This document shows positions 51,634 to 64,000 of a DNA stretch of 64,000 nucleotides, piece by piece. Source of the DNA: Vicugna vicugna (lineage: Eukaryota); NCBI GenBank assembly GCA_013265495.1, contig MU057744.1, positions 2,183,370 through 2,247,369 of the forward strand, written 5' to 3'. Every line of letters begins with the position of its first letter. The stretch's first letter is position 1. The notes under the pieces are model-generated. The model made no database searches. It was not told the origin of the DNA and saw only the letters and a list, made by a program, of their open reading frames with translations. A program made the position numbers and the translations under genes.

Positions 51634-52472
51634 TTTTTTTAATTTTGTTTTTTATTAAAGTTTAGTTGATTTACAGTGTTAGTTTCAGGTGTACAACAAA
51701 CAATTTGGTTACACATATACCGATATCTGTATCTATTTCTATTTCAGATTCTTTTCTATTATATGTTATTATGAGAAATTGAATATCGTTCCCTGTGCTG
51801 TACAGTACAGTAGGTCCCTGCTGTTTATTTATGTTATATATAGCAATGTGCGTCTGTTAATCCCAAGCTCCTGATTTATCCCTCCCCTCCCCTTTCCCCT
51901 TTGGTATCCATAGTTTGTTTTCTATGTCTGTGAGTCTATTCTTGGTTTGTAAGTAAGATTTCTGTCATTTTTCTTAGATTCTATATATAAGTGATCTCAT
52001 ATGGTATTTGTCTTTCTCTTTCTGGCTTACTTCACTTAGATTAACAATCTCCAGGTCCATCCATGTTGCTGCAAATGGCATTATTTTATTCTTTTTTATG
52101 GCTGAGTAGTATTCTGTTGTATCAATATACCACCTCTTCCTTATCCAGTCCTCTATCAGTGGACATTTAGGCTGTTTCCATGTCTTGGCTATTGTAAATA
52201 GTGCTGCTATGAACATTGGGGTGCAGGTGTCATCCTGAAGTAGGGTTCCTTCTGGATATATGCCCAGGAGTGGGATTGCTGGATCATAGGGTAAGTCTAT
52301 TTTTAGTCTTTTGAGGAATCTCCACACGGTTTTCCACAGTGGCTGCACCAAACTGCATTCCCACCAGCAGTGTAGGAGGGTTCCCCTTTCTCCACAGCCT
52401 CTCCAGCATTTGTCATTTGTGGACTTTTCAGTGATGGCCATTCTGGCTAGTGTGAGGTGATAACCCTATTGT
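51634..52472 (-). mobile_element. Young L1 3' end nested in the older L1
   Basis: ORF 51974-52441 ([18 protein letters not shown]...[15 protein letters not shown]) is the ORF2 C-terminus; TSD taag(t/g)ttcatgcatctt at 51617-51633 and 52473-52489. Confidence 0.96.
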
Positions 52473-52489
52473 TAAGGTTCATGCATCTT

Positions 52490-53450
52490 GTAGTGTTTCA
52501 GCATTTCAGTCCCTTTTATTGCTGAATAATATTCTATTCTATGGATGTACCAAATTTATTTATCCATTCACACAGACGTTTAGGTTGTTTCCACTTTTTC
52601 AGCTATAATGAATCTGAACATTCATGAATAAACTTTTCTGTTTACTGTTTTTATCTCTCTTGGGTAGATGAGTAGGAGTAGAATTGCTGGGTCACATGGT
52701 AACTCCGTGTTTAAGCTTTTGAGGAAAAGCCAAACTGTTCTCCAAACGGACTACACCATTGTACAGTTCTACCATCAGTACGTTAAGACTTTGAAATTTT
52801 CACCTCCCCGCCAGCACTTGTTAGATCTTTCTGATTACAGCCATCCTAGTGGGTGTGAACTGGTATCTCACTGTGGTTATGACCTGTATTTCCCTGAGGG
52901 CTAATCATGTTGAATGTCTTTTCATGAGCTTACTGGCCAGTTATATACCCTCTTTAGGGAAATGTCTATTCAAATCACTTGCCCAGTGAAAAATGGACTG
53001 TCTTTTCTTTATTAAGTGTAAATACATGATGTGCAAATATTTTCTCCCATGAAGTGGGCTGTATTGTCACTTTCCTAAGGTGTCTTTTGAAGCAAAAAGT
53101 TTTAAACTTTGATGAATTTCTGTGTGTGTGTATATTTGTATATACGTCTGTGTATGTATATGTGTGTATATGTATGTGAATATGTGTATGCATGTGTATA
53201 TGTGTATATACGTGTAGATTTGTGCATATATATGTATATGCATACATGTGTATGTATGTGTGTATATGTTTTATGTAGGTATATATGTATATATGTGTAC
53301 ATGTATCTGTATAAGTTTATATGTATATGTACATGTGTATATATGTATGTGTATATGTGTGTGTATGTATGTATATGTGCATATACAGCCTGTACTTTTG
53401 CTGTCATAGTCAAGAACCTTTGCCCCACCCAAGGCTCACGTGAATTTTTA
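52490..53450 (-). mobile_element. Older L1M fragment
   Basis: 'gaattgctgggtcacatggtaactc...aaatgtctattcaaatc...tttgctgtcatagtcaagaacc'. Confidence 0.88.
53121..53386. repeat. Degenerate (TG/TA)n microsatellite
   Basis: Directly visible. Confidence 0.95.
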
Positions 53451-53679
53451 ATTCTCACCTCAACATGAATTTGGAATAATAACCCTTAACACTGAACATG
53501 TGCTTCAGACCTTCATATCATATTTATAGTTTATATGACATAAAATCTCATTCAGGCACACTTTTAGTGTTCATGTAGCAAATTTTGGTAATAATTTATA
53601 CAAATAGAGATGTTTTTATAAATGTAATTTGAGATAATTTAACCATCAGGGATTTTTGTTTGTTTTAAGAAACATTCCT

Positions 53680-54480
53680 TTTATTTATTTATTTATTTAC
53701 TTTGCTTGTCATTTATTCTTTTTTATTGAAGTACAGTCAGTTACAATGTGTTAATTCCTGGTGAACAGCACAGTGTCCCAGTCATGCATGTACATACAAA
53801 GATTTGTTTTCATATTTTTTCCATTAAAGGTTATTACAAGATATTGAACACAGTCCCCCGTGCTATACAAAAGAAACTTTTTTGAAAAATCTATTTTTAT
53901 ATATATAGTGGCTAACAACTGTAAATTTCAAACTCACAAACTTATCCCTTCTTACTCCCTCCTACCAGTAACCATATGATTGTTTACTATGTCTCTGAGT
54001 CTGTTTCTGTTTTATAGGTGAGTTCATAGTGTCTTTTCCTTTTTTTTTAGATTCCACATATGAGTGATATCATATGGTATTTCTGGCTCACTTCACTTAG
54101 AATGACGATCTCCAGATCCATCCATGTTACTGCAAATGGCATTATTTTATTCCTTTTTATGGCTGAGTAGTATTCCATTGTGTAAATATACCACAGAGTC
54201 TTTATCCAGTCACGTGTGGACGGACATTTAGGTTGCTTCCATGGCTTGGCTATTGTCAGTAGTGCTGCTATGAACATTGGGGTGCATGTGTCTCTTTGAA
54301 TTAGTTTCCTCTGGATATATGCCCACGAGTGGGATTGCTGGATCATATGGTAAGTGTATTTTTAGTTTTTAAGGAATCTCTGTACTCTTTTCCATAATGG
54401 CTGCCCCAAACTGCATTCCCACCAGCAGTGTAGGAGGGTTCCTTTTTCTCTCTGGCATTTATCATTCCTGGACTTTTGAA
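53680..54480 (-). mobile_element. Young L1 3' end
   Basis: ORF 54047-54346 (DTCTPMFIAAL...WYIYTMEYYSAIK) plus 3'UTR. Confidence 0.95.
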
Positions 54481-57400
54481 TGTTTTAGAACCTTTAGATC
54501 TATAGAAAGTTGCTGATACAGTGCAGAGCCACTGTGTACTTCACAGCGTCTCCCCTATTGTGAGCACTTTACATCATTCTAGTACAGTTGTCACAATCAG
54601 TGCACTAATATTGATAGATTATTACTAACTAAAAAGTCCATACATTGTTCAGATTTCCCTAGCTTTTATCTAACGTCCTTTTCTCTGTTCCTGAACCTCA
54701 GGTTACATCTAGTTTCAATTGCTTGGACTTTCCCTGTTTTTGATGGTCCTGACAGTTCTGAGGAGTACTGTTCGTGTATTTTGGGGAATGACCCTCGACT
54801 GGCATTTGCCTGAAGGCTTTTCTCACGGTCAGACTGAGGCGCTGAGTCTTTGGCAGAAAGACGGCGGGTTCGGGCACCATTCTCCTCCTCTGTAACAAGT
54901 GCACACACCATCAGCTCAGCTTCTGTCAGCTGCCACGGTCCTGCGGACCGCGCCAGGCTCTGGGTGCCCGCTTTCCACCCATGCCGTCTGCATCCACACA
55001 CGTTTGCTTGGATTTTGACTGAGACGGCACTGAGCCTACAGATCAAGCTGAAGATACTTTAGCCATGCTCTGTACTCCAGTCACTTCATTTGTCTCTTGA
55101 TTATTTGGATCAGTGTTTTCCAGTTTCCAAATATATTGTTGGTGCTATTTTCCTGATGCCTTTGCATTTTTTATATATATTTTTTTAATTTAAAATTCCA
55201 GTTATTCATTAATAGTGTGTAAGGAAGCCATTGACTTTCGTATATTGACCGTGTATCCTGGGACCCTGCTACCCTTCTTTATTAAAACTAAGGTTTGAGG
55301 GGGGAGGGCAGAGCTCAGTGGCAGGGCGTGCACTTAGCATGCACAGGTCCTGGGTTCAATGCCCAGTGCCTTCACGTAAAAAAAAATTAAAACAAAGAAA
55401 GTTTCCTCCCAAATTAAGGTTTTGTTTCATTTTCTCAGGGAGGGGCTGCAGGGTAGACTGTGGTATTTCTTACGCAGACGATCCTGTCAGTGAGATGCTG
55501 GGGAGAATCGGTGAGAGGGCACGGGCGCTCTAGCCCCCGTCTTAATGGGCAAGGGTCTCGTGCTGCTAAGCACGGTGCTGACTACAGAGCTCTGCAGATG
55601 CCCTCTGTTGCGTGGAGGGCCGCCCCGCTCCTGGTGCGCGTGGGTGCTGGATCTCTGTCCAACGACTTTCCTGCGTCAGATTCTCTGCTCCTTGGTGCTT
55701 TCTTCTTCATCGCGTGGGTCCCCTTAGTCATTTTCACATGTTGAGCCCCCCTGACTCCCTGGAATAAACGCTGACTCTCCACAGTGTACAGCTTTTTTCA
55801 TACGTTACTGCGTTTGGGTGGATGGCCTTTCATGGAGGGTCTGTGTGTCCACATTCATGAGGGCCATTGGCCGGTAGTTCTGTCCTCCTGTAGTGTCTTT
55901 ATCTGGTTTGGTGTGAAGGGAGTTCTGACCTCATGGGATGAGTTAGAAAGGTTTACTACTGTTTGTTTGTTTTTTTTAAATTGGAATTATTGCTTTCTTA
56001 AATATCTGATAGAATTCACCAGTGAAATCATCTAGCTTCATGCTTTTTTACAAACTGCTGATTATTAGTTGCGGATTCAACTTTACAGACATAGGGCCAT
56101 TCATACCATCTGTTTCTCCTTGTGTGAAGCTTGGCTGCTTTGGTTGTGCAAATCTTTGGTTGTCATTTGCTGCGCTTAACCCATGTGCGCTCCTCTAAGC
56201 TACCAACTGGGCGAGTGTGTAATCGTTCACCCTATTCCTTTACTATTCTCTTCAAGTCCGTGGGATTAGAAATGATGAGTCCTCTTTTACTTCTGATTTA
56301 AATAATCTGTAGTTTTTCTCTTTTCCCCTGGTCAGGCCAGCTGGGATAGACGTTTATCAATTTTGTTGATCTTTTCAAAGAATGATGTGCTGGTTTCCTT
56401 GATTTTCTTTGTTGTCTTCCCGTATTAGATTCATTAATATTGTCCTAAATTAGAAAAAAAATCTTCCGCTTGCTTCAGGCTTGATTAGATTTTCTTTCTC
56501 TAGGTTCCTAGGATGTAAGCTATTAATTTTAGACTGTAGTGATTTTTAATATCCTTAACAGTGTGAATTTCCGTCTAAGCCCTGTTTTTGCTAAACAAAT
56601 GTTAAAGTCGCATTTTCATTTTCACGTGGTTCAATATATTTTTTTCTTTCTCTTGAGACTTAGTCTTTGATCCAGGTGTTAGAAATATGTTGTTTAATCC
56701 ACAATCACTTTAGAATTTTGCAGCTCTCCCTCTGTGATGGCTTTCAAGTTTAGCTTCACTGTACAGTAAGATTTCATGATGCCCATTGTTTAACTGGCCA
56801 GGGTGTGTTTCATGATCTAGAAAGTCCTGTGTCTCTGTTGGTGAGTGTTCTGGGCAACCTGAGGAGAGCGGATGCTCTGCTCTTGTTGGATAGAATATCC
56901 TACGAATGTCAGTTCGACTGAGTTCGTTGATGGTGTTTCTCAAGTCCTCTGTGCCCTCACTGATTTCCTCTGCTTGATCTGCTATTACTGACAGAGGGTC
57001 CTGAAGTCCCCCGTTACAGGAGCTGGAATTGTCTGTCTTTCCTTTCAATACTGTGCGTTCTTCTCTCATGAGTTTTGACATTGTTATTACGTGCCTTTAA
57101 GTTCCGGGCTGTTTTATCTTTTTATGACATGGACTGCTTTATTATTATATAATGCCTTTATTTAATGCTAATAATCTCCCTTATTCTGAAGTCTGATTTG
57201 CCTGACATGAATATAGCCACTCCCGCTTTCCTCTGCTTAGTGACAGTACAGTGCACCCTTCCTTTTAGCCTTTGTATTTAAAGGGTTTTGTTTTTCTGTG
57301 TGGACGACACGCAGTCGGGCCTTGTTCCCCAGCTGCTTGGACCGCCTCTGTCCTCTCACAGCTGTAGGCTGCCATTCCTATTAAAGAGAGCTTTGATGTT

Positions 57401-57500
57401 GCTGGAGCGACATCTACCACGTTTTAACTGTCTCCTACCCGCTGGATTTTTTTGTTTCTCTTTTTCCCCCACTTTCCTCCCTTCTCTGGACTTCGCTGAC
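54481..57500 (-). mobile_element. Old L1M(C) fragments from the 3'UTR through ORF2, including the endonuclease region
   Basis: ORF 56710-57081 (EDLRNTINELSRTDIRRIFYPTRAE) resembles L1 endonuclease; 'ttatcaattttgttgatcttttcaaagaa' is an antisense ORF2 motif. Confidence 0.85.
55299..55410 (+). mobile_element. tRNA-derived SINE
   Basis: 'gggagggcagagctcagtggcagggcgtgcacttagcatgcacaggtcctgggttcaat'; TSD aaa(c/t)taaggttt. Confidence 0.92.
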
Positions 57501-57784
57501 TGCTTATGTGGTTCAGTTTACTTCCTCTCCTAGTGCATCAACTATACTCTAAAATATTCCCTGGGCTGGAATGGTCACAGGTGCACGAACACAGTCCTCC
57601 GTCAGTTACACGCAGGGCCCTCCGTGTGGTGCTTTATGGAATGATTGTCGCCTTCGACGGTAACTCAAGTCACGGGACCACGCGGTGAGCCCCGGGCAGT
57701 GAGCTGACCTGGTTTATTCTGGGCTGGAGCGTTTAACTGTTGTTTCAAGATTTTCTGTTCCTCGGTTATAAGAAATTGTAGACG

Positions 57785-57962
57785 TGGAGATGGTAGTTGC
57801 TCCGTGAGCCTGGATCCTTGAAAAATGTGATGAGAAAACCCTGGCCATCAGCCCATAATGGACACACTGCATGAAAATGAAATAAACTTTTGTTGGTCTG
57901 AGTCACTGAAGTTTGGGTCTTAATTTTGTTCTGCAACATAATCTACGTGTCCTGACTTATAA
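57785..57962 (+). mobile_element. Old MLT1 (J/K/L-like) LTR 3' part
   Basis: 'gaaataaacttttgttggtctgagtcactgaagtttggg...ttgttctgcaacataatcta...ctgacttata'. Confidence 0.7.
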
Positions 57963-59549
57963 ATGGTTCACACACCTGCTTCCTAAGTTATTAGTTCCAT
58001 GAACTCAACTGCTCTCATTCTGTTTCCTTAACTACACAGGGGGTGGGGGGGACACAGTATCTGGTTCTTAGGGATACTGAGACCTAACAAGACACGATAA
58101 AGCATCTCGTGTCATGCAGCCCTTGGTTCGAGGTGGCTGTGGCTGCTCTGTCACCATCACAGTCCTTGGACACCCGCTCACTGTGTGACTCCGAGACCTT
58201 GTGTCTGGGCCATTCAAGAAGGGAAGGGATTCACAGCATACCTCAGTGGGTCCGAGTTACCTACAGAGCAGTTCCTAGAGGCCATTTTAGCGTCTGGTCC
58301 CTTTGCGCCCCAGCTGCCTGCTGTGGACTGGATTTTATGAGTAGTCTTGAAGTGAATGTTGAATGACAAAGGATCTGTGTGTACGTCTGTATCATTTATT
58401 TTTATATTTTCTACCGAGTTTGGAAAATATTATGTATCTGTATCTACATACCTTCATTTAGATACACAACTATATGTCTATGTATGTTTACTATTATGGA
58501 AAATAGGGATTTTATTGTGACAAGGCTGGCAAGCTACACAGTCAAGAAGGGGAAAGAGCTCGGGTACCGTGGCCGCCTTGAGGCAAGGCCTTATGTTCCA
58601 GGGTTGGGGGCAGGGGCTGGCATGTGTGTATTTTCCAGATTCCTTTATTTTCCTGATGTCACAAGCAGCACTGGCATCTCATAGAATCTCACGTAAGCAT
58701 TCTCAGCTGTGTTTGCCTGCTCGCTAAGCAACAACATTTTCAGGCCATTTCTTAGCTCCTTAGTATGAAAACAAAAGACAGGGGTGGCCACGTGAAAGAA
58801 AAGTTGAATCACGTCACTTTGTGAGAAACATGCATGTGGAGTTTTTGGAAAATCCATCTTAAGTTTGAAAAACAAAAGAACCCTTCTAATCTATCATCAG
58901 ATAGGTTGCAGATATTTAAAAAAAATTACCAGAAATGACCCCAGGTAAGTGTCTGCATACAGCTTTTCACGATTTTCATACCCACTGTGGAGAACAGTCG
59001 CGAGAGGTGGCGGGGCAGCCATTCTTCCCGTTTTCTGGATGAAACTGATATTTAGAGAACTCAGGTGACTGGCCCAAGGCCCCCGTGAGAGTTAACTCTG
59101 AAGGCCTCGTCCCCCAGTCTGAGCTTGTTGGCGGTTGTGTGTGGGGGGGTGTCAGCAGGGGACAGCAAAGCAGGGGACGACCAGTCACTGAAGACACAGA
59201 AGTACCTGGGATTCCTTGTCCGGCCCTCTGCCGCCAGCCCTATCCTGCCGGTTTCCAAATTCTGATGTTTGCCTCCCAGTGTTGTCCCATTTTGTCATTG
59301 GCATCTCACAGCTGTGTTCCTGCTCCACAGGGAGGCACTCGAGTGCACGGGTTAGTTTCAGCTCTGAGTCTACACTGCCTTTGATCCTGGGGCACGTCCC
59401 CTGTTGCCAGGAAGCCGCGTGGTCGTTACCAACTCGATGTACAGACTGAGATGGACTGGTTATTTATCAGCTTCAGTGTCGTTCTCCACTGGTTTAACAT
59501 GTGGGTAACACACGGCACGTTGAACAAGGTGGGTCTGCGAGCTGAGCGT

Positions 59550-60840
59550 CCCAGAGGCCGGTGCCGAGCACGCAGCAGGCACACAGTCACTCTCACTACC
59601 TCACTGCTGGTTGGGGCGACCCTTCTCTGGCCGCCTTGCTCCCCGTTTTGCTCCTCGGCAGCACTTCGGCCTGTGCTTGGCCTTGCTGGACACAAGGGGA
59701 GACCAGCCACGCGAGACAAGCGAAGTCGGGGCTCGCTAGACCAGAGCAGGCAGCCACCATCCCGCGCGCTGGGCAGAGACGCACGGGCGGGCAGAGGCGT
59801 GGGGAAGCTTACGGCGGGTGGGGAGGGGGGTGGCAGGGCTGCCGGCCCGGGGAGGCTGAAGAGAGGCCGACGGGATGTGGGGCCTCCTGTGGTTAGGGGA
59901 GCGGCTTGGCTTCGTCCGCCTGGTCCGGAGACGGACAAGGGGACACACAGGAGGAAAGCTGCCAGCTTCTCACCAAGTCCTGACTGCTTGGGGCCAGTGT
60001 TTGCCGCAGTCTTCGCGCCGCTTCCTGGACCCCTACCAGCGGAGGCGGACCGGCGTTCCAGTCTGCCTTGTGGCCGGCGGTCCTCCTGGCCTCCTCCTTG
60101 TGCATAAGGGGCCGCTTGTCTGGGCAGGATGCTGCAGGCTGTGGGTCAGAGATCCTTTTTTTTTTTTTTAAGTCTTATTTATTTTTAATTATTTTGGGGA
60201 AGTAACTAGGCTTACTTATTTATTTTGTGATTATTATTGTTTAATGGAGGCACTGGGGATTGAACCCAGGACCTCGGCAAGCCGAGCACAGCTCCACCAC
60301 TGAGCGGGCCCCTCCCTTCAGAGCCGTGTGCCGCACGCGGCCTGTCCGCCTCCTTTCGCCCGGCGCCTCTCTCCCGCTTCTCGCCTGGTGGCGCCTCGCA
60401 GACACAAATCGCGGGGCGCGACTGCTCCGCGTGAGGGTCTTCCATGGCTCCCCGGGCCTCCAGGGTAGATTCAGAGGCCCGAGCAGGGCCCTCGGGGTCC
60501 CCCCAGGCCCTGCGCCTTCCCGTGCCGTCCGCTGCGCCTGAGACCGCTTTGCGAGGAACCTGAGACCGCTTTGCGCTACCCGAAAGCGAGGCCGAAACCG
60601 CGCGCGTCAGCCCTGCTCCCTGCGGCCTCCGCGGGGGCGCCCGTCTCCCTCCGCCCGCGCCCCTCGCCGCCCGCGCCCCTCGCTGCCCTCGGGCTTCCCC
60701 GCAGGGCGGTGGCTGCGCGCCTGCGATCCGGGCCCGCGCGTCCCGGTGCGAGTCCCCCTTCATGCTGGTTGGCGCCCCTTTCCAGACGCTGAGCCCCCGA
60801 AGGCGAAGGCTGGCTCCTTTGTCCTCTTCCCCAGACCCCC
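59550..60840. promoter_or_regulatory. CpG island (possible promoter or orphan island), split by a SINE
   Basis: Very high GC and CpG density, especially 60320-60810; GC boxes 'ccgccc'; no start exon identified. Confidence 0.75.
60156..60316 (-). mobile_element. tRNA-derived SINE
   Basis: 'ttaatggaggcactggggattgaacccaggacctc...ccactgagc'; 'tcagag' on both flanks. Confidence 0.9.
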
Positions 60841-60859
60841 GCACAGTTTAAGCCACTGC

Positions 60860-61560
60860 ACTGAATGAGAATGAAGGATCAGAACCCGCATTCTCATTCT
60901 CTGGCTTCTGCTGGAGAGTTTTCTCCCATCTGTCACGTCTTATGAAAATGTGACATTGAAAATGTGACATTAAAAATGAGCGCTGAAAACAGGTCCAAGC
61001 GGTGAAGCGGAACCAAATACGATTAAGGCATGTTTCCATCTGTCCTCGGGGGCATTTCAGAACGTGTCTCTGAGGTTACCTGTGACGTGAGCAGTCCGCG
61101 GCCCGCAGATGGACAGCAAGCCCTGCTCTTTGACCATCAGAACCAGATACGAGCGTTCTTTCCGGAACATTTGTGTCCTGGGCTGTAAATCCTGGCTGTT
61201 TTGCAGATTCAGACTTCAATAATGAGACCCTTGTCACACGATCCAAGAGAGAAAGCAGATGGACACCTAGACGAGACGGCCCGTCTGCATGGCTCCTCTC
61301 TGAGGCGGCCAGGGCCCGCGCAGGTGCCTGGACCCCTGTCTCAGGTCTCCCTGACTCCAGGCCCTCGCTGTCGCCCAGGCGGGACAGAAACCGCCTGTTT
61401 CCTTGCCCTTGATCCCACCACCCACCGTTCCCAACGCGTACTTCTGGTGGTGTCTCGCACCTGCTCAGAACCTCGCAGTTCCTCAGGGTCCGGGCTGTAA
61501 ATTTGGCCCGAGATCAGCTGTCCTGTGTCCGTAATTTACCTTTTCACTTCTCGTTCACCA
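60860..61560 (+). mobile_element. Possible ERV1 LTR (MER34/39-like) remnant
   Basis: End region 'gggctgtaaatttggccc...ttctcgttcacca' resembles ERV1 R/U5; weak. Confidence 0.35.
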
Positions 61561-61671
61561 TATAGCCTTGGACTTACACTCCAGATAAATTAATCTGTGA
61601 ACTTCTTCAGAACACGTTTGGCACGGTGTCACTTCCATGTAATTCCTCAACTGGACGTTTCCTACATGTCT

Positions 61672-61980
61672 ATGAAGACACGGAAACAGACGCACAGACA
61701 TGGAGGACAAACTTGTGGTCACTGGAGGGAAATGGGTGGGAAAGGATAAACTGGGAGTTGGACATTTGCAGACACTAACTACTATATGTAAAATAGATAA
61801 ACAAGTTTCTTCTGCGTAGCACGGGGAACTGGGTTCAATATCTTGTAGTAACCTATAGTGAAAAAGAATGTGACAAGGAATACATGTATGTCTATGGGTG
61901 ACTGAAACACTGCTGCACACCAGACATTGACACAACATTGTAAACTGACTATATTACAATTAAAAAAATAAAAAAAAACA
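61672..61980 (+). mobile_element. Young L1 3' end
   Basis: 'gaaacagacgcacagac...gacattgacacaacattgtaaactgactat' followed by poly(A). Confidence 0.92.
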
Positions 61981-63149
61981 TTTTGCTGATCCTCTTATCC
62001 TAGGGTCTCCCAGACTCACCTGCAGTGAGCAGGAAGGAGTTTATTAAAAATACAGATTCCTGGAGGCAGCTTCAGCATATCTATAAAAAGTGCTGACAGA
62101 AGACATCCTCTTAAAAGGTTTCTGGGAGTCACAGTGCCTGAAGGATCTGCCTTCATGTGGCATCAACATGTTATAGGCTGTATGTGGACTGGATGATACA
62201 GTTTAATAAAAATGGCATTTTATGCAGACATTACATAGGAGCCATGTTTGACATCAATTATCATTATTATTGTCATTGTTATTATTTGGATTGTGTGTGC
62301 TCTAGGAAGACTGATGACAGCATCCAAACGTACAGGATTCAAATTCTAGGTGCATCTAGACACTGCCTTTGTAGGACACCCTCAAAGTGATTACTCCTTA
62401 AGCCAAATTTTAAGAGTCATTGTAGCTAATAATCCAACATTTTTCAGAACTTTCTTCTGGTTGGCACGACTTCCCGCTTGGGCACGTCTCTTCCCCAGTG
62501 CATTTTTAGTGCCACAAGAGGACTTGTCACTGAAGCCTCCACAAGTCTCCGCAGAGCCTAGCAAGGATGCCTATAAAACCAGAAGAAACTGCCAAATGGT
62601 AAATCCTTAGGCTCAAGAATTTTGAAGTAACATGTTGTTTGATTTTGCTACAGAGCAATAATTTGGGGGACTAACAGGATATTTTCACACAATGTTATTT
62701 CATTTAGAAGACAGAGTCCTGGCAAGTGCCACGTCTGCCCATCACCTTAGCCAGAATACAAAAGGGAAATAAAAGTTAGTAAGGATGCTCACCAGACAAT
62801 CTAGCAGAGGGTACCCTGGAGGAACTTGACTTGGAAGACCCTGCGTTTAATTTTTGACTTTCAGTCACTGAAGGTAACTGATACTTGCCTGCAGTTGGCG
62901 TATTGATCGTGGCACAAAACTATGCTTATTTCAAGCTGAAAAGCATGTGTCATCTTGGTACATGAAAGAGGACTGACAGAAACCCAGGAGTGAGTAATAA
63001 AAGAAGACTTAAGAAGGCAGAGCTCGTGTCTAAGTAACAAACATACCTGCATCGGGGATTTACCAACTTGGAGATAAAGCCAGGCTGAACTGCATTTAGG
63101 ACTGTATGCTTTTCCTTTGTAATTCAAAGCCCTTGCGCTCCTAATGGGG

Positions 63150-63610
63150 TTTTTATGTTTTACTTTTATTTATTTATTTATTTATTTTGAATTGAAGAAC
63201 AGTCAGTTACAATGTGTCAATTTCTGGTGTGCAGCGCCGTGTCCCAGCCATGCATATATATACGTATATATTCGTTTTCATATCGTTTTTCATTAAAAGT
63301 TATTACAAGATGTTGAATATAGTTCCCTGTGCTATACAGAAGGAATTTAGTTCTTATCTATTTTTATATATAGTGGCTAACCTTTGCAGATCTCAAACTC
63401 CAAAATTTATCCCTTCCCACCTCCTTCCCCCAGGAACCCTAAAATTGTTTACTATGTCTGCGAGTCTGTTTCTGTTTTGTAGATGAGTTCATAGTGTCCT
63501 CTTTTTTCTTTTTTTTAGATTCCACATATGAGTGATATCATATAGTATTTTTCTTTCTCTTTCTGGCTTCCATCACTTAGAATGATGATCTCAGGTCCAC
63601 CCATGTTGCT
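63150..63610 (-). mobile_element. Young L1 3' end
   Basis: Same 3'UTR as copies at 181 and 53.7 kb; ends at 'gtccacccatgttgc'. Confidence 0.93.
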
Positions 63611-64000
63611 TTTATAATTTTTTTCATAGTAAGCACCATTATTTAAATAATTTCTAGGTGAGCATAATTAATCACTAATCTTCTAACGGAAATCCCTGTT
63701 GAATCTGTAGAAGGCGGATGTAGCTCCTCAAAGTCTTGGTCAGAGAATGAACACCAGCAATAGCGTGGTTCCCACAACAGTGAACGCCCAGGAAGCTGCG
63801 TGGGCTCCTTTGACGCTGGGTGTTTTGATCTGAAGCCTCGTTACTTCTTCTTTATCATTAGGTAGCAAGTGTCCTTCATCCGAGTTTAATTAATCAGTTT
63901 TTAAATTAGTAGCTATCTAATATTTTTGACAGTTGAGGGAAACCGGGGGAGGGGAGGGGGTGACAGATACTGAGGTGCAGAATTGGTCATTCACCAATGA

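Noticed and set aside
53102..53468. His/Tyr-rich and Cys/Val-rich ORFs
   Set aside because: Translations of a (TG/TA)n microsatellite
59426..60844. Long ORFs (170-218 aa) in the CpG island
   Set aside because: Low-complexity Arg/Gly/Pro/Ala translations expected from stop-poor GC-rich DNA; one runs through a SINE
1..64000. CRISPR array, operon or other prokaryotic system
   Set aside because: Sequence is mammalian; no regularly spaced repeat-spacer array and no dense coding structure

Overview
Mammalian genomic DNA, most likely camelid. That assignment is an inference from eight copies of a tRNA-Ala-derived SINE of the Vic-1 type plus matching young L1 3' ends. I recognise no host protein-coding gene: the window looks intergenic or deep-intronic. 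A large share is interspersed repeat: young and old L1, L2, MIR, MaLR/ERVL/ERV1 LTRs, and the MER53, MER58A and Tigger-type DNA elements. The only ORFs with recognisable homology are broken L1 ORF2 pieces. A CpG island lies at about 59.55-60.84 kb. The most notable observations are: (1) an apparently non-repeat inverted duplication with ~300-bp arms (18545-18846 and 19807-20098), each holding a 64-nt AG...GT-bounded exon-like unit, with divergence biased to transitions; (2) a twin-primed, 5'-inverted L1 with a 21-bp target site duplication (TSD) and a displaced 3'-terminal fragment; (3) repeat copies with extreme A/T-to-G/C substitution bias, suggesting GC-biased gene conversion. Repeat subfamily names come from recall of consensus sequences and boundaries are approximate. 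No novel biological system can be claimed from the sequence alone.
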